Positions 9,965 through 21,458 of a stretch of 64,000 nt of DNA are shown here, in pieces. The stretch spans positions 582 to 64,581 of the forward strand of contig CAJXNY010000026.1 in the NCBI GenBank assembly GCA_913057435.1. The letters are read 5' to 3'. Within the stretch, counting starts at the first letter, position 1. Every line of letters begins with the position of its first letter. The position numbers and the translations under genes were made by a program. Origin of the DNA: an uncultured Oceanospirillaceae bacterium. Its GTDB lineage: Bacteria > Pseudomonadota > Gammaproteobacteria > Pseudomonadales > Balneatricaceae. The notes under the pieces were generated by a model. It made no database searches. It saw only the letters and a list, made by a program, of their open reading frames with translations, and was not told the DNA's origin.

Positions 9965-11507
9965 GGCTCTGGCCCTTGTGGCGCACCAGTGGTTCGAAAC
10001 GCACCAGTTCAGTCAGTCGATAGCCGGTGTACTGGCCCAGCAGCAGGTTGATGGCCAGCATTACCAGTAACAGCTCCGGGAAGTTGAAGGTCAGGTGTTC
10101 AACCAGGGGGTTGGTCATCAGCAGGTAGGCCAATGAGGCAACCAGCAGGCTGCCGGAGCCCTGGGTCAGTACTTCGCGAGCGCCTTCTTCTTCCCACAGG
10201 ATCGACATGCGCTCGATGGTCCATGCCAGGATGATCATCGGGAAGAAGGTGACGGTCAGTACCTGCTCTAGCCCCAGCTTGAAGCTGATAATACTCAGGG
10301 TGGCCATGATGCCGATAACAACGATGACCACCGAGGATATTCGGGCGACAAGCAGGAGGTTAAGGTTGCTCAGTGCTGAGCGTATCCACAGGCCAATCGA
10401 TACGACGACGATAAAGATTGCCAGTCCGGTCAGCAAAGTGGTCTGGATGAAGGCGAGAGCCATCAGAATCGGCATAAATGTGCCTGAGGTACGGATGCCG
10501 ACGATAACTCGCAGAAATACCACGATCAGCGTGCCTATTGGCACCAGCAGGATGGTTTTGAAAGCGTTCTGATCGGCTACAGGTAAGCTGTAGATTGAGA
10601 AGTCGATCAGGGTGGCCTGTTCGGCTTTGGCACTGCGTAACGCCAGGGTGCGGGCACTGGTGTCATTGACCAGGGTTGAGAAACGCACCTGTGAGTCCTG
10701 ACCACCGCTGACATCCAGTAACGAGGTGCCACCTTGCTGCCAGATCAGGAAATTTTCAGATAGACCTTCGACGCTGTGTGCAGGGTCAAAGTAGAGCTGC
10801 TTGTTCTCGCTGAAGACTTCGATCCGGCTGACAAGGGCCTGATTGCGGCGGCGGTCTTCAAGTTCAATACCTTTGATCACCCGGGCGGGTATCTCTGCCA
10901 GTGCCAATAGCTGGACGATCGTTTCTGCATCCACTCCGGTGCCAGAGGACAGATTTTGTAATACCTGAACATCCTGGGAAGGGGCTGGGTTATTAAGCAG
11001 TTGTAGTAGTTGCACTGTCAGGCTCTGGTTGTCAGCAGACTGCTGTTGTGCTTCATCCACGATGGCCCGCGCTGCCGTCATAACAGGCCCATCCAGATCA
11101 ACGGCGGCCAGTTCGGGTGCCGTGGTCAATGGGGTGGCGGGAGGCTGGTGATCAAGGCGGCTGGCCTGCAGGCGGTAATAGATGATCTGCTTGCCGTCAG
11201 CGAGGCGTTTGGTCCATTGGGCCCGGTTCTGGGTTTCGTTCTCTTTCAGCGCGAAGCCATAGCCAGAGGAGGCGAAATCTTCCTGAACGGTCTGGTAGCC
11301 GTTACCACCGCTGGGCCGGGCCAGTGATACCATCACCGGTTTGTTTTGGGCCTGAAAGCTGATCTGAGCCTCGATGGTCCATAGTTGCTGGCGCTCGCCT
11401 GGCAGCAGCGGGAAATCCAGTGTGAAGTGTTTGTACAGCGTCAGGCCTGTACCCAGGGCGATCAGCAACAGCGCGATCAGATAAAGTTGCAGCTTCTCTC
11501 TATGCAT
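9957..11507 (-). CDS. Membrane protein: N-terminal TM plus extracytoplasmic transglutaminase-like (inactive) domain plus C-terminal multi-TM bundle
   Basis: 516 aa with an N-terminal helix LYLIALLLIALGTGLTL, a soluble region of about 290 aa, then about 7 hydrophobic helices (residues about 320-500). The family assignment is from memory of the conserved neighbourhood, not from a search. Confidence 0.65.
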   Translation of the reverse strand: MHREKLQLYLIALLLIALGTGLTLYKHFTLDFPLLPGERQQLWTIEAQISFQAQNKPVMVSLARPSGGNGYQTVQEDFASSGYGFALKENETQNRAQWTKRLADGKQIIYYRLQASRLDHQPPATPLTTAPELAAVDLDGPVMTAARAIVDEAQQQSADNQSLTVQLLQLLNNPAPSQDVQVLQNLSSGTGVDAETIVQLLALAEIPARVIKGIELEDRRRNQALVSRIEVFSENKQLYFDPAHSVEGLSENFLIWQQGGTSLLDVSGGQDSQVRFSTLVNDTSARTLALRSAKAEQATLIDFSIYSLPVADQNAFKTILLVPIGTLIVVFLRVIVGIRTSGTFMPILMALAFIQTTLLTGLAIFIVVVSIGLWIRSALSNLNLLLVARISSVVIVVIGIMATLSIISFKLGLEQVLTVTFFPMIILAWTIERMSILWEEEGAREVLTQGSGSLLVASLAYLLMTNPLVEHLTFNFPELLLVMLAINLLLGQYTGYRLTELVRFEPLVRHKGQSHD

Positions 11508-12223
11508 CAGCGGGTAGCCTCGGCTTTTGGTCGATCTTCAGGCTGGTCGGCGATATAGCTTTTGCTGACATCGACAATGACAAGGTCCTGCAGGAAATCC
11601 CGGCCAATCAGGACCGGGTACTCGAAGTGACTGCGGTCGGTCAGGTTGACATCCAGGCGCTGGACGACGCCGCCGATCTGGATTTTAAGCTCAATGACTG
11701 GGCGTTCGACCACGCCTTTGTCTTTGCGCTTGATTTTGACTGTACGCTTGAGCGGCAGCTCCTGAACCATTGGCTTGGTGTTGTTATTGCTGCTCTGGAA
11801 GCGGACCCAGTTTTTGCCATCGCGTTCGAACAGTTCAATTTGAGTCGCGTGCAATGAGCTTGTGCGGGCGCCGGTATCGATACGTGCCGGTAACTGCAGT
11901 TCCAGTGCCGGTATCCGGCTGATTTCGGCTTCGCCAAACAGCTGCTTATTACCTACCTTAACCGGTGTGTAAACTGTGACTTTGCGGGTGATCGTACGCG
12001 GTTTTGGGCAAGAAACCGGTTTGGCCGGGGGGGCTTTAACTGGCGCAGCTTTAGTAGGTTCTGCCGGAACGGCAGTTGCAGGAGGCGTTGTCTGAGGCGC
12101 GGGTCGTGCTTCGCTCAGGGTCTGACAGCCGGCCAGAAACGACAGCATTAACACGGACAGCAGACCTTGGCCCAGGTAGCGGGCAGTGCGGTGAAACATC
12201 TCTGAATCCTCTGATACAACCAT
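11507..12223 (-). CDS. Retropepsin-like aspartic protease lipoprotein (family often annotated ATP-dependent zinc protease / DUF785)
   Basis: 238 aa. Lipobox LSFLAGC, a Pro/Ala-rich linker, and an aspartic-protease signature in LPARIDTGARTSSLHA. An alternative start is ATG at 12199 (MFHRTARYLG...). Confidence 0.7.
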   Translation of the reverse strand: MVVSEDSEMFHRTARYLGQGLLSVLMLSFLAGCQTLSEARPAPQTTPPATAVPAEPTKAAPVKAPPAKPVSCPKPRTITRKVTVYTPVKVGNKQLFGEAEISRIPALELQLPARIDTGARTSSLHATQIELFERDGKNWVRFQSSNNNTKPMVQELPLKRTVKIKRKDKGVVERPVIELKIQIGGVVQRLDVNLTDRSHFEYPVLIGRDFLQDLVIVDVSKSYIADQPEDRPKAEATR

Positions 12224-12404
12224 TCTGATTGCGTGGCTGTACCTGAAGGCAGAGGGATGGTCCCTGGAACAGGTGCGCCAGCAATTGTGACTACCTATTA
12301 CAATAGGACACTGACGAACGGCTGCTTAATCACCGTGCCAGTTTAGGGGAATATTCTGGGGAAAGTGGAGCGAGACCCTGCCTGAAGGCAGGGCCGTAAC
12401 TGTA

Positions 12405-12707
12405 TTAACGAGTCAGGTTAGACAGTTTTGGGTTGGACACCAGGGCTTTACGGTACAGCAAGGCAACGTGGCCGATTTCCTGGACCAGGGTTGCTTCCAC
12501 AATGGTGCACAGTTCCTGGATCAGCTGGTGCTTGACCTCACGGTCGCCGACGGCAAACTTGACTTTGATCAGTTCGTGGTCGCCCAGAGCGCGGTCCACC
12601 TCGAGCTGGATGTTTTCGGTCATCCCTTTACCAGCAATGGTTACGATCGGGCTCAGGCCGTGACCGATGGTGCGAAACTTCTTCTTTTGCTCAGGGGATA
12701 AGCTCAT
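12405..12707 (-). CDS. yhbY: Ribosome assembly RNA-binding protein YhbY (CRM domain)
   Basis: 100 aa: MSLSPEQKKKFRTIGHGLSPIVTIAGKGMTENI...HELIKVKF... Confidence 0.85.
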   Translation of the reverse strand: MSLSPEQKKKFRTIGHGLSPIVTIAGKGMTENIQLEVDRALGDHELIKVKFAVGDREVKHQLIQELCTIVEATLVQEIGHVALLYRKALVSNPKLSNLTR

Positions 12708-12799
12708 ACTAAAATATGGTGCCTCAAAGTTCAGGGTGGTTTCACCACCGTTGACAAATAATAGCCAATTTTACCTGAGTTGCTCTACGCTGAGTAGCG

Positions 12800-13450
12800 T
12801 TGCTCACGAACCGGAGTCTTTTGCGCGTGTCTCGATCTAAAAGTAGTAGCCAGTGGCTGCAGGAACATCATGGCGATAAGTACGTCAAACAATCAAAGGG
12901 TGACGGCTATCGTTCTCGCGCCAGCTATAAACTGATCGAGCTGGACAACAAAGATAAGTTGTTCAAATCCGGTATGACGGTGGTTGATCTGGGGGCTGCC
13001 CCCGGTGGCTGGTCTCAGGTGGCTGCTGAGCGGGTGGGCGACAAAGGCCGGGTGGTCGCGTCGGACATTCTGCCGATGGATTCGATGGCCGGGGTTGAAT
13101 TTGTGCAAGGTGACTTTACCGAGGAAGCGGTTCTTGCTGAAGTGATGCGGGCGCTGGGTGATGCCCCGGCAGATCTTGTAATTTCCGATATGGCCCCCAA
13201 TATGAGTGGTATGGCGGCAGTGGACCAGCCCGCGGCTATGTATCTGGTAGAATTGGCGCTGGATATGGCGCGTCAGGTACTGAAGCCCGGTGGTAATTTT
13301 ATTGCCAAGGTTTTCCAGGGTGAAGGGTTCGATGAATACCTCAAAGAGATGCGCCAGAGCTTTAAAACCGTGGTAACGCGTAAGCCTGATGCCTCACGCG
13401 CCCGCTCCCGCGAAGTTTATCTGCTGGGAAAGGGCTTTAAAGGGGAATAA
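12800..13450 (+). CDS. rlmE: 23S rRNA (U2552-2'-O)-methyltransferase RlmE/FtsJ
   Basis: Contains [34 protein letters not shown] and the SAM motif [14 protein letters not shown]. The true start is possibly GTG at 12827. Confidence 0.9.
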   Translation: MLTNRSLLRVSRSKSSSQWLQEHHGDKYVKQSKGDGYRSRASYKLIELDNKDKLFKSGMTVVDLGAAPGGWSQVAAERVGDKGRVVASDILPMDSMAGVEFVQGDFTEEAVLAEVMRALGDAPADLVISDMAPNMSGMAAVDQPAAMYLVELALDMARQVLKPGGNFIAKVFQGEGFDEYLKEMRQSFKTVVTRKPDASRARSREVYLLGKGFKGE

Positions 13451-13597
13451 AACACGCTTCGAATGACCTGTTCAGCCACGCAGCTGTGGCAGGTTCGGGG
13501 TCTTCTAAGTGGTATCAGGCGTCTGACCTGCTATAGTGGGCGGAACTGAGAACGATTGAGAGTTGCAGCAAAATAGTGCTGAGCCGAGGGTAATGAT

Positions 13598-15583
13598 TTG
13601 AACGATATGGCTAAGAATCTGGTGCTGTGGCTGGTTATTGCTGCCGTGCTGTTGACGGTATTTAATAACTTCAGCGCAGAAACCGAATCCAGTCGATTAA
13701 ACTATTCGGACTTCGTAACGGAAGTGCAGGCGCAACGTGTGAGCAAGGTGGTGATAGATGGTTACACCATTGTTGGTCAGCGTAGTAATGGCGAGACCTT
13801 TGAAACGGTACGCCCAGCCCTGCAGGACCCGAAGCTGGTAGATGATCTACTGCAGAATAATGTAACAATTGAAGGCAAGCAGCCGGAACAACAGAGTATC
13901 TGGTCTCAGTTGCTGGTGGCTTCATTCCCAATTCTGGTAATTATCGCCATTTTCATGTTCTTCATGCGCCAGATGCAGGGCGGTGGTGGTGGCAAAGGCC
14001 CAATGGCCTTTGGTAAATCCAAAGCCCGGATGATGGGTGAAGACCAGATTAAAACTCGCTTTGATGATGTCGCTGGCTGTGAAGAAGCCAAGGAAGAAGT
14101 CAAAGAGCTGGTCGATTATCTGCGTGATCCCGGCAAATTTCAGAAGCTGGGCGGGCATATCCCCCGTGGCATTTTGCTATCTGGTAACCCTGGTACAGGT
14201 AAAACGCTACTGGCTAAAGCCATCGCAGGTGAGGCCAAAGTACCGTTTTTCAGTATTTCCGGGTCTGACTTCGTTGAGATGTTTGTCGGTGTCGGCGCGT
14301 CCCGTGTCCGTGACATGTTTGACCAGGCCAAGAAAAACTCGCCCTGTATCATCTTTATCGATGAGATCGATGCGGTGGGTCGCCACCGTGGTGTGGGCAT
14401 GGGCGGTGGTAACGATGAACGTGAACAGACATTGAACCAGCTGCTGGTTGAAATGGATGGTTTCGAGGGTACCGAGGGCGTTATCGTCATTGCTGCCACC
14501 AACCGTCCGGATGTACTGGACCCTGCATTGTTGCGTCCGGGTCGCTTCGACCGCCAGGTCAACGTGGGTCTGCCGGATATTCGTGGCCGTGAACAGATTC
14601 TGAAAGTGCATATGCGCAAAGTGCCGGTGGGTGATGATGTCAAACCGGACCTGATTGCACGTGGTACGCCGGGCTTCTCCGGTGCTGATCTGGCCAACCT
14701 GGTGAACGAGGCTGCATTGTTTGCGGCCCGTGGCAGCAAACGCACTGTAGGCATGGAGCAGTTCGAGAAGGCGAAAGACAAAATCATGATGGGCGCTGAG
14801 CGTAAATCTATGGTGATGTCTTATGATGAGCGGCTGAACACTGCTTACCATGAAGCCGGTCACGCGATTGTTGGTCGCCTGATGCCCAAGCATGACCCGG
14901 TCTATAAAGTATCGATTATCCCCCGTGGTCGTGCCCTGGGTGTAACCATGTTCCTGCCGGAAGAAGACCGTTACAGCCATAGCCGTCAGTCGATTATTTC
15001 TAATATATGTTCCCTGTATGGCGGCCGTATTGCTGAAGAGTTGACCCTGGGTAAAGAAGGGGTGACGACGGGTGCTTCCAACGATATTCAGCGAGCCACT
15101 ATGCTGGCGCGTAATCTGGTAACCAAGTGGGGTCTGTCTGAAGAGCTTGGTCCATTGTTGTATGACGATGAAGACGGCGATCCGTTCTCCCGTGGTTACG
15201 GTGCTCAGGCTAAGCCGATTTCTGAGCAGACTCAGCGTCAGATTGATGATGTCGTTCGTCAGACAATTAATGGTTGCTATCAGGATTCAACTCGGTTGCT
15301 GGAAGACAATCGCGATATCCTGGAAGCGATGTGTCAGGCGTTGATGAAGTACGAAACCATTGATGTCAGCCAGATTGATCAGCTGATGGCGCGTGAGCCA
15401 GTGTCTGACCCGGATGGCTGGGAAGACAGTGACAAAGACGGTGATGCTGGTAATGGTGCTCAGGCAGCGTCTGAGCCTGAAACGGGCAAAGACGGTGATG
15501 TGCCTGATACTGACGGCCTGGATGATGAGTCCCATGACAAGCCCGGTGCCAATGGGCCTGCACCGGACTCTAATCTGCACTGA
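13598..15583 (+). CDS. ftsH: ATP-dependent zinc metalloprotease FtsH
   Basis: 661 aa with Walker [19 protein letters not shown], the zinc site HEAGHAIV, and an acidic C-terminal tail. The start may be ATG at 13607. Confidence 0.95.
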   Translation: MNDMAKNLVLWLVIAAVLLTVFNNFSAETESSRLNYSDFVTEVQAQRVSKVVIDGYTIVGQRSNGETFETVRPALQDPKLVDDLLQNNVTIEGKQPEQQSIWSQLLVASFPILVIIAIFMFFMRQMQGGGGGKGPMAFGKSKARMMGEDQIKTRFDDVAGCEEAKEEVKELVDYLRDPGKFQKLGGHIPRGILLSGNPGTGKTLLAKAIAGEAKVPFFSISGSDFVEMFVGVGASRVRDMFDQAKKNSPCIIFIDEIDAVGRHRGVGMGGGNDEREQTLNQLLVEMDGFEGTEGVIVIAATNRPDVLDPALLRPGRFDRQVNVGLPDIRGREQILKVHMRKVPVGDDVKPDLIARGTPGFSGADLANLVNEAALFAARGSKRTVGMEQFEKAKDKIMMGAERKSMVMSYDERLNTAYHEAGHAIVGRLMPKHDPVYKVSIIPRGRALGVTMFLPEEDRYSHSRQSIISNICSLYGGRIAEELTLGKEGVTTGASNDIQRATMLARNLVTKWGLSEELGPLLYDDEDGDPFSRGYGAQAKPISEQTQRQIDDVVRQTINGCYQDSTRLLEDNRDILEAMCQALMKYETIDVSQIDQLMAREPVSDPDGWEDSDKDGDAGNGAQAASEPETGKDGDVPDTDGLDDESHDKPGANGPAPDSNLH

Positions 15584-15606
15584 TCACTTTGCTTTGAATT
15601 GAACTG

Positions 15607-15638
15607 TAAAAAGGCTAACCGAAAGGTTAGCCTTTTTT
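15607..15638 (+). terminator. Intrinsic terminator after ftsH
   Basis: AAAAAGGCTAACCGAAAGGTTAGCCTTTTTT. Confidence 0.75.
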
Positions 15639-15715
15639 ATAGAACGCCAGCGAAGTAATGCTTCGCCTGGGACATTTCTGTTTTTGCCTGGTGACAGGCT
15701 GGAGATTTTTGCCGC

Positions 15716-16555
15716 ATGCTATTTGGTGCACGCCTGCTTGATCTGGATCGTCCTCGTGTAATGGGCATTCTGAATGTAACCCCGGACTCATTTTCTGATG
15801 GTGGTCAGCTGTACGGCTGTCTGGATAAGGCGCTGTATGCTGCTGCGCAGATGGTATCGGATGGTGCCGATTTTATTGATATAGGGGGGGAGTCAACCCG
15901 CCCTGGTGCAGCCGTTGTTGGCGAGCAGGAAGAACTGGATCGCGTGTTGCCTGTTATTGAGCGCATAGCGGCGGAGCTGGATGTAGTGATCTCGGTGGAT
16001 ACCAGTACCGCCGCAGTGATGACGGAAGCAGCGGCCTGCGGTGCCGGGCTGATTAATGATGTAAGAGCGTTAGGCCGCCCTGGCGCGCTTGCCGCAGCGG
16101 CTGCAACGGGATTGCCTGCCTGTCTGATGCATATGCAGGGCTCGCCTGCCACGATGCAGCAGGCGCCGGTGTATGATGACGTGCTGGATGAGGTCAGTGC
16201 TTTCCTTGCTCAGCGGTTACAGGTATGCCTGGATGCAGGTTTTGATCGAACGCAATTGATGCTGGACCCGGGTTTCGGGTTTGGCAAGACGCTGGCGCAT
16301 AATCTGCGCCTGATGAACAACCTCGAACAACTTCATGCGCACGGGGTGCCGCTTCTTGTGGGTACCTCGCGTAAGAGCATGATTGGACAGACGCTGGACC
16401 GGGATGTTGATCAGCGCCTCTATGGTTCATTGGCAACGGCCGCTGTGGCGGTATCCAAAGGTACGCAAATTATTCGTGTACACGATGTAGCTGCAACGGT
16501 GGATGTAGTGCGTATGTGTTACGCCATTGCCTGTGAGCGAAAAGGAGAATATTAA
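15716..16555 (+). CDS. folP: Dihydropteroate synthase
   Basis: 279 aa: ...[16 protein letters not shown]...[11 protein letters not shown]... Confidence 0.9.
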   Translation: MLFGARLLDLDRPRVMGILNVTPDSFSDGGQLYGCLDKALYAAAQMVSDGADFIDIGGESTRPGAAVVGEQEELDRVLPVIERIAAELDVVISVDTSTAAVMTEAAACGAGLINDVRALGRPGALAAAAATGLPACLMHMQGSPATMQQAPVYDDVLDEVSAFLAQRLQVCLDAGFDRTQLMLDPGFGFGKTLAHNLRLMNNLEQLHAHGVPLLVGTSRKSMIGQTLDRDVDQRLYGSLATAAVAVSKGTQIIRVHDVAATVDVVRMCYAIACERKGEY

Positions 16556-17901
16556 TGACACGTCGTTATTTTGGCACTGATGGTATCCGTGGCCGAGTTG
16601 GACATTTTCCGATTACCCCTGACTTCGTTCTGAAGCTGGGCTGGGCTGCCGGTAAGGTGTTTGCTCGGGACGGACGCCGCAAGATCCTGATCGGTAAAGA
16701 TACGCGTATTTCTGGCTATATGTTTGAAGCGGCGCTGGAGGCGGGCCTGTCAGCTGCCGGTGTTGATGTTCTGTTGCTGGGGCCAATGCCAACGCCTGCG
16801 ATCGCCTACCTGACGCGTACTTTTCGTGCCGATGCGGGGATTGTGATCAGTGCCTCGCACAATGCCTATTACGATAATGGTATCAAGTTCTTCTCAGCTG
16901 AAGGCACCAAGCTGCCGGACGAAATTGAGCAGGCGATTGAGGCTCAGATGGACCTGGCAATGACGACTGTTGAGTCGGACGAGCTGGGTAAGGCGCGGCG
17001 TATTGCCGATGCGCCGGGTCGATACATTGAGTTTTGTAAGGCAACTTTTGGCGGGCACTCTCTGGCCGGGCTCAAAATTGTGCTCGATTGCGCGAATGGT
17101 GCAACCTACCACGTTAGTCCGCAGGTGCTGTCTGAGCTTGGGGCTGAGGTGATTGAAATTGCTTCGTCACCGGATGGGCTGAATATTAATGCGGGTTGTG
17201 GTGCCACCGATACCCTGAAACTGCAGCAGGCCGTGCTGGAGCATAAAGCGGACCTTGGGGTCGCGCTGGACGGTGATGGTGATCGCCTGATGATGGTTGA
17301 TCACGCTGGCATTGAGATGGATGGTGATGAACTGCTGTTTGTTATCGCCCGCCAGATGCAGCGAGAAGGAGTCTTTATTGGCGGTATTGTCGGTACGCTG
17401 ATGTCTAACTTTGGCCTCGAGCAGGCCTGTGTCCGTGAAGGTATTCCTTTTGTGCGAGCCAATGTAGGCGATCGCTATGTGATGGCTGAGCTGGCTGAAC
17501 GGGGCTGGTTGCTCGGTGGTGAGTCATCGGGGCATATCGTATGTCGCCACCTGACCTCGACCGGGGATGGAACTGTGGCGGCGCTGCAGGTGCTCAAGGC
17601 TATGGTTGAAACAGGGCAGTCACTGGTGCAGTTGCGTCAGGAAATGGTAAAAATGCCACAAACCATGATTAACGTCCGCCTGGCGGAGAAAGTAAACATG
17701 GCTGAGGTACCTGCAATTGCCGAAGCAGTTGCGGTTACAGAAGCGAAACTGGCTGATCGAGGCCGGGTTCTGTTGCGTCCATCCGGCACCGAACCGGTTA
17801 TTCGGGTTATGATTGAAGGCGAAGATGCGTCTCAGGTTAGTCAGTTATGCGAAGAATTAGCGAAACAGGTAGAAAATGAGATTCAAGCGCTTGAAAAGTA
17901 A
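16555..17901 (+). CDS. glmM: Phosphoglucosamine mutase
   Basis: 448 aa: [13 protein letters not shown]..., active-site loop [19 protein letters not shown] overlap with folP. Confidence 0.95.
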   Translation: MTRRYFGTDGIRGRVGHFPITPDFVLKLGWAAGKVFARDGRRKILIGKDTRISGYMFEAALEAGLSAAGVDVLLLGPMPTPAIAYLTRTFRADAGIVISASHNAYYDNGIKFFSAEGTKLPDEIEQAIEAQMDLAMTTVESDELGKARRIADAPGRYIEFCKATFGGHSLAGLKIVLDCANGATYHVSPQVLSELGAEVIEIASSPDGLNINAGCGATDTLKLQQAVLEHKADLGVALDGDGDRLMMVDHAGIEMDGDELLFVIARQMQREGVFIGGIVGTLMSNFGLEQACVREGIPFVRANVGDRYVMAELAERGWLLGGESSGHIVCRHLTSTGDGTVAALQVLKAMVETGQSLVQLRQEMVKMPQTMINVRLAEKVNMAEVPAIAEAVAVTEAKLADRGRVLLRPSGTEPVIRVMIEGEDASQVSQLCEELAKQVENEIQALEK

Positions 17902-17945
17902 TGATAAGCCGGTTAATATTCCGGCCTCTTTGTAAGGGGGTGTCA

Positions 17946-18719
17946 ATGCGTAAGTCACTAGTGGCTGGTAACTGGAAAATGAATGGCAACAAAGTATCTG
18001 TCGATGCACTGATGGATGGTTTGATGAGCGGTTTGAATTCCGGTGCGGTTCCAGCGAGTGAATCCATTGATATCCTGGTGTGCCCGTCGACAGTTTATCT
18101 GTCTCAGGTGGCTGATAAAGCAGCGCAGTCGGTTATTAATACCGGTGTGCAGAATATCAGTCAGTTTGAATCCGGTGCATACACTGGCGAGCTGTCGCTA
18201 GCCATGCTGGTCGATTTTGGCTGTTGTTACGCAATTGTAGGGCATTCTGAACGACGTTCACTGTTTGGTGAAACGGATGCTCAGGTTGCTGATAAATGCG
18301 AAGCCGCACTGAATGCAGGTGTTACGCCGATTCTGTGTGTAGGTGAAAGTCTGGAACAGCGTGATGCAGGCGAAGCGCTGGCGGTTGTTACCGAGCAGGT
18401 ACTGACTGTTATAGAGCGCTGTGGTATCGCTGCTTTTAATACAGCAGTGATTGCCTATGAGCCAGTCTGGGCTATTGGTACCGGGCGTACGGCTTCACCT
18501 GAGCAGGCGCAGGAAGTGCATGCCGCAATTCGTGCAGTATTGCATGATGCGGATGCCGAAGTCGCTGCAGCAACCCGTATTCTGTACGGAGGCAGTGTTG
18601 GTGCAGCCAACGCAGCTGAATTGTTTGCGCAGCGCGATATTGACGGCGGTCTGGTGGGCGGTGCGTCATTGAAAGTAGATGATTTCCTTGCAATCTGCAG
18701 CGCGGCAGCGGCTGCATAA
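17946..18719 (+). CDS. tpiA: Triose-phosphate isomerase
   Basis: MRKSLVAGNWKMNG...VGHSERR...AYEPVWAIGTG. The track ORF starts at 17901, but the conserved N-terminus begins at ATG 17946. Confidence 0.9.
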   Translation: MRKSLVAGNWKMNGNKVSVDALMDGLMSGLNSGAVPASESIDILVCPSTVYLSQVADKAAQSVINTGVQNISQFESGAYTGELSLAMLVDFGCCYAIVGHSERRSLFGETDAQVADKCEAALNAGVTPILCVGESLEQRDAGEALAVVTEQVLTVIERCGIAAFNTAVIAYEPVWAIGTGRTASPEQAQEVHAAIRAVLHDADAEVAAATRILYGGSVGAANAAELFAQRDIDGGLVGGASLKVDDFLAICSAAAAA

Positions 18720-18733
18720 CTGACGGTTAACAG

Positions 18734-19105
18734 ATGGAAACGATTGTTCTCATCGCACATGTACTGCTGGCAGCGGGCATTATTGCCTTCGTATTGCTTC
18801 AGCAGGGCAAGGGCGCGGAAGCGGGTGCTTCGTTTGGTGGCGGTGCTTCTCAAACAGTATTTGGTTCCAGTGGTAACACCTCTTTTCTGGCGCGTGTTAC
18901 TGCAGTTCTGGCTGCGGGTCTGTTTGTGACCAGTTTTGTTCTGGCGGTTTACGCTAAAGACAAGGCCGGTACTGTTGCAGATGCGGGTGTGCCAGCTACA
19001 GAAGTTATTGAAGCGCAGGCTGATTCGAGCAATGCTCAGTTGCCTGTGCTGGAAGAGTCCAAAAGTGTAGCGCCTGCAGATGCAGACGTTCCACAAGCGG
19101 ACTGA
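18734..19105 (+). CDS. secG: Preprotein translocase subunit SecG
   Basis: 123 aa: METIVLIAHVLLAAGIIAFVLLQQGKGAEAGASFGGGASQTVFGSSG... Confidence 0.85.
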   Translation: METIVLIAHVLLAAGIIAFVLLQQGKGAEAGASFGGGASQTVFGSSGNTSFLARVTAVLAAGLFVTSFVLAVYAKDKAGTVADAGVPATEVIEAQADSSNAQLPVLEESKSVAPADADVPQAD

Positions 19106-19115
19106 TAAAAGATTT

Positions 19116-19202
19116 GCCCAAGTGGTGAAATTGGTAGACGCGCTACCTTGAGGGGGTAGTGACCGTATGGTCGTGCCGGTTCGAGTCCGGCCTTGGGCAC
19201 CA
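19116..19202 (+). tRNA. leuU: tRNA-Leu (anticodon GAG)
   Basis: 87 nt: GCCCAAGTGGTGAAATTGGTAGACGCGCTACCTTGAGGGGGTAG...GGTTCGAGTCCGGCCTTGGGCACCA. It has a long variable arm and an encoded CCA. The secG-tRNA-Leu(GAG) arrangement matches E. coli. Confidence 0.9.
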
Positions 19203-19206
19203 TTTC

Positions 19207-19235
19207 TTGAAAAGCCGTCAGGTGGGCTTTATAAT
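19207..19235 (+). promoter_or_regulatory. Near-consensus sigma-70 promoter for the tRNA-fMet-rimP-nusA-infB operon
   Basis: TTGAAA (19207-19212), a 17-nt spacer, then TATAAT (19230-19235), 15 nt upstream of the tRNA 5' end. Confidence 0.6.
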
Positions 19236-19250
19236 ATGCACCTGTTCTGA

Positions 19251-19327
<77 letters not shown>

Positions 19328-19343
19328 ACCTTTATTGGTCAGG

Positions 19344-19368
19344 AAAAGCCCCTTGTCAGGGGCTTTTT
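19344..19368 (+). terminator. Hairpin plus T-run between tRNA-fMet and rimP (attenuator/partial terminator)
   Basis: AAAAGCCCCTTGTCAGGGGCTTTTT. Confidence 0.5.
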
Positions 19369-19457
19369 CGTAGCTGGCATTCGTCGAATGTCAGCTGTCA
19401 GAAATGGGTCTTCGGGACCCATTTTTTGTTTCTAAACCCACATCTGGTGAGGTATCT

Positions 19458-19913
19458 GTGTCAGCCAAGATGAAGCTGTTGCACGAGTTGATTGAGCCTG
19501 CCGTTACGGCGCTGGGCTACCAGCTCTGGGGAATCGAATATCTTTCGCAGGGTAAACATAGCATTCTGCGAGTCTATATTGATGCCGAACAGGGCATTAC
19601 CGTGGATGACTGTGCCAAAGTGAGTCATCAGGTTAGCGGCGTGCTGGATGTGGAAGATCCTGTCAGCGGTCAGTTTAATCTGGAAGTTTCCTCACCTGGT
19701 ATGGACCGTCCTCTATTTACACTGGAACAGTTCGCAGCCTATGCCGGTCAAAAGGCCGACATTAAGCTGCGCATTGCCTTCGATGGCCGTCGTCGCTTTA
19801 AAGGACGACTGAACGGCGTTGATGGCGATGATGTTCTGCTTGTCGTGGATGAAGAAGAGTATCTGCTGCCGATCGATAGCATCGATAAGGCGCTAATCGT
19901 TCCACAGTTCTGA
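19458..19913 (+). CDS. rimP: Ribosome maturation factor RimP
   Basis: ...[38 protein letters not shown]... GTG at 19458 lies 6 nt after GGTGAGG. ATG at 19470 is an alternative, and the track ORF start at 19404 is probably too long. Confidence 0.85.
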   Translation: MSAKMKLLHELIEPAVTALGYQLWGIEYLSQGKHSILRVYIDAEQGITVDDCAKVSHQVSGVLDVEDPVSGQFNLEVSSPGMDRPLFTLEQFAAYAGQKADIKLRIAFDGRRRFKGRLNGVDGDDVLLVVDEEEYLLPIDSIDKALIVPQF

Positions 19914-19941
19914 ATGCGGGTTTGAGGAATTAGGACGAGGC

Positions 19942-21432
19942 ATGAATAAAGAGATTCTGTTAGTTGCAGAAGCGGTGTCCAACGAGAAAGATGTCCCTAA
20001 AGAAGTCATCTTTGAAGCGATTGAACTGGCACTGGCGACTGCTACCAAAAAGCGTTATGAAGAAGAAGCCGATATCCGCGTTCAGATTGACCGCACAACC
20101 GGCGACTATGATTCTTTCCGCAGTTATCTTGTGGTGTCCAATGAGGTTGTGCCTGCACTGGGCACAGAGTTGACACTGCAGGAAGCGGAAGAAATTGATG
20201 TTAACCTCAAGCCGGGTGATACCTGGGAAGAACAGGTTGAATCCGTTAAGTTTGGTCGCATTGCTGCTCAGACGGCGAAGCAGGTTATCGTACAGAAAGT
20301 ACGTGAAGCCGAGCGCGCCAAAGTGGTGGAGCAGTACCGTGGCCGTCAGGGTCAGCTGATTTCTGGCACAGTTAAGAAAGTTACCCGTGACAATGTCATT
20401 GTTGATCTGGGTAATAACGCTGAAGCACTGTTGCCACGTGATCAGACGATTGCGCGCGAGCCGTTCCGGATGGGTGACCGTGTTCGTGCGATCCTGCTGG
20501 ATGTGCGCAGTGAAGGCCGTGGTCCGCAGCTGATCCTTAGTCGCTCCTGCCCTGCCATGCTGATCGAGCTGTTCCGCATTGAAGTGCCGGAAATCGCTGA
20601 AGAAGTGATTGAAATCCGTGCTGCCTCCCGTGATCCGGGCTCACGCGCTAAACTTGCAGTGAAAACTAACGACGGTCGTATTGACCCTGTTGGTGCCTGT
20701 GTCGGTATGCGTGGTGCACGTGTTCAGGCGGTATCGAACGAGCTGGGTAATGAGCGTGTTGATATTGTCCTGTGGGATGACAACCCAGCTCAGCTGGTGA
20801 TCAATGCCATGTCGCCTGCCGATGTTGCTTCCATCGTCATCGATGAAGAAACGCACTCTATGGACGTTGCTGTGGCGCAGGAAGCCCTGGCGATGGCTAT
20901 TGGCCGTGGTGGTCAGAACGTACGCCTGGCGTCCGAACTGACGGGCTGGGAACTGAACGTAATGACCGTAGAAGATGCTGCTGCCAAGCAGAAGTCTGAA
21001 ATGGGTTCGGTTCTGGAAACATTTACGCAGCATCTGGATGTGGATGAAGATATCGCTCAGGTACTGGTTGAGGAAGGATTCAGCCAGCTTGAAGAGATCG
21101 CTTACGTCCCAGAAGACGAGATGCTGAAAATTGATGGTTTCGATGAAGACATCGTCACTGAACTGCGTGCCCGTGCGAAAGATGCGCTGCTCAACCTGGC
21201 GTTAGCCAGTGAAGAAAAGCTGGATGGTACGGAACCTGCGCAAGATCTGCTTGAAATGGATGGCATGGATAAAGCACTGGCCTATCAGCTGGCTGCCCAA
21301 GGTGTCGTTACCATGGAAGATCTGGCAGAGCAGGCAGTTGAAGATCTGCTGGATATCGAAGGGTTGGATGAAGAGCGTTCAGCATCGCTGATCATGACTG
21401 CCCGAGCCCCGTGGTTTGCCGACGAGGCGTAA
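19942..21432 (+). CDS. nusA: Transcription termination/antitermination factor NusA
   Basis: 496 aa: [37 protein letters not shown]..., with S1, KH and C-terminal AR repeats. Confidence 0.95.
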   Translation: MNKEILLVAEAVSNEKDVPKEVIFEAIELALATATKKRYEEEADIRVQIDRTTGDYDSFRSYLVVSNEVVPALGTELTLQEAEEIDVNLKPGDTWEEQVESVKFGRIAAQTAKQVIVQKVREAERAKVVEQYRGRQGQLISGTVKKVTRDNVIVDLGNNAEALLPRDQTIAREPFRMGDRVRAILLDVRSEGRGPQLILSRSCPAMLIELFRIEVPEIAEEVIEIRAASRDPGSRAKLAVKTNDGRIDPVGACVGMRGARVQAVSNELGNERVDIVLWDDNPAQLVINAMSPADVASIVIDEETHSMDVAVAQEALAMAIGRGGQNVRLASELTGWELNVMTVEDAAAKQKSEMGSVLETFTQHLDVDEDIAQVLVEEGFSQLEEIAYVPEDEMLKIDGFDEDIVTELRARAKDALLNLALASEEKLDGTEPAQDLLEMDGMDKALAYQLAAQGVVTMEDLAEQAVEDLLDIEGLDEERSASLIMTARAPWFADEA

Positions 21433-21458
21433 TCCGGTAACGGAAGAGGAGAACCTGA

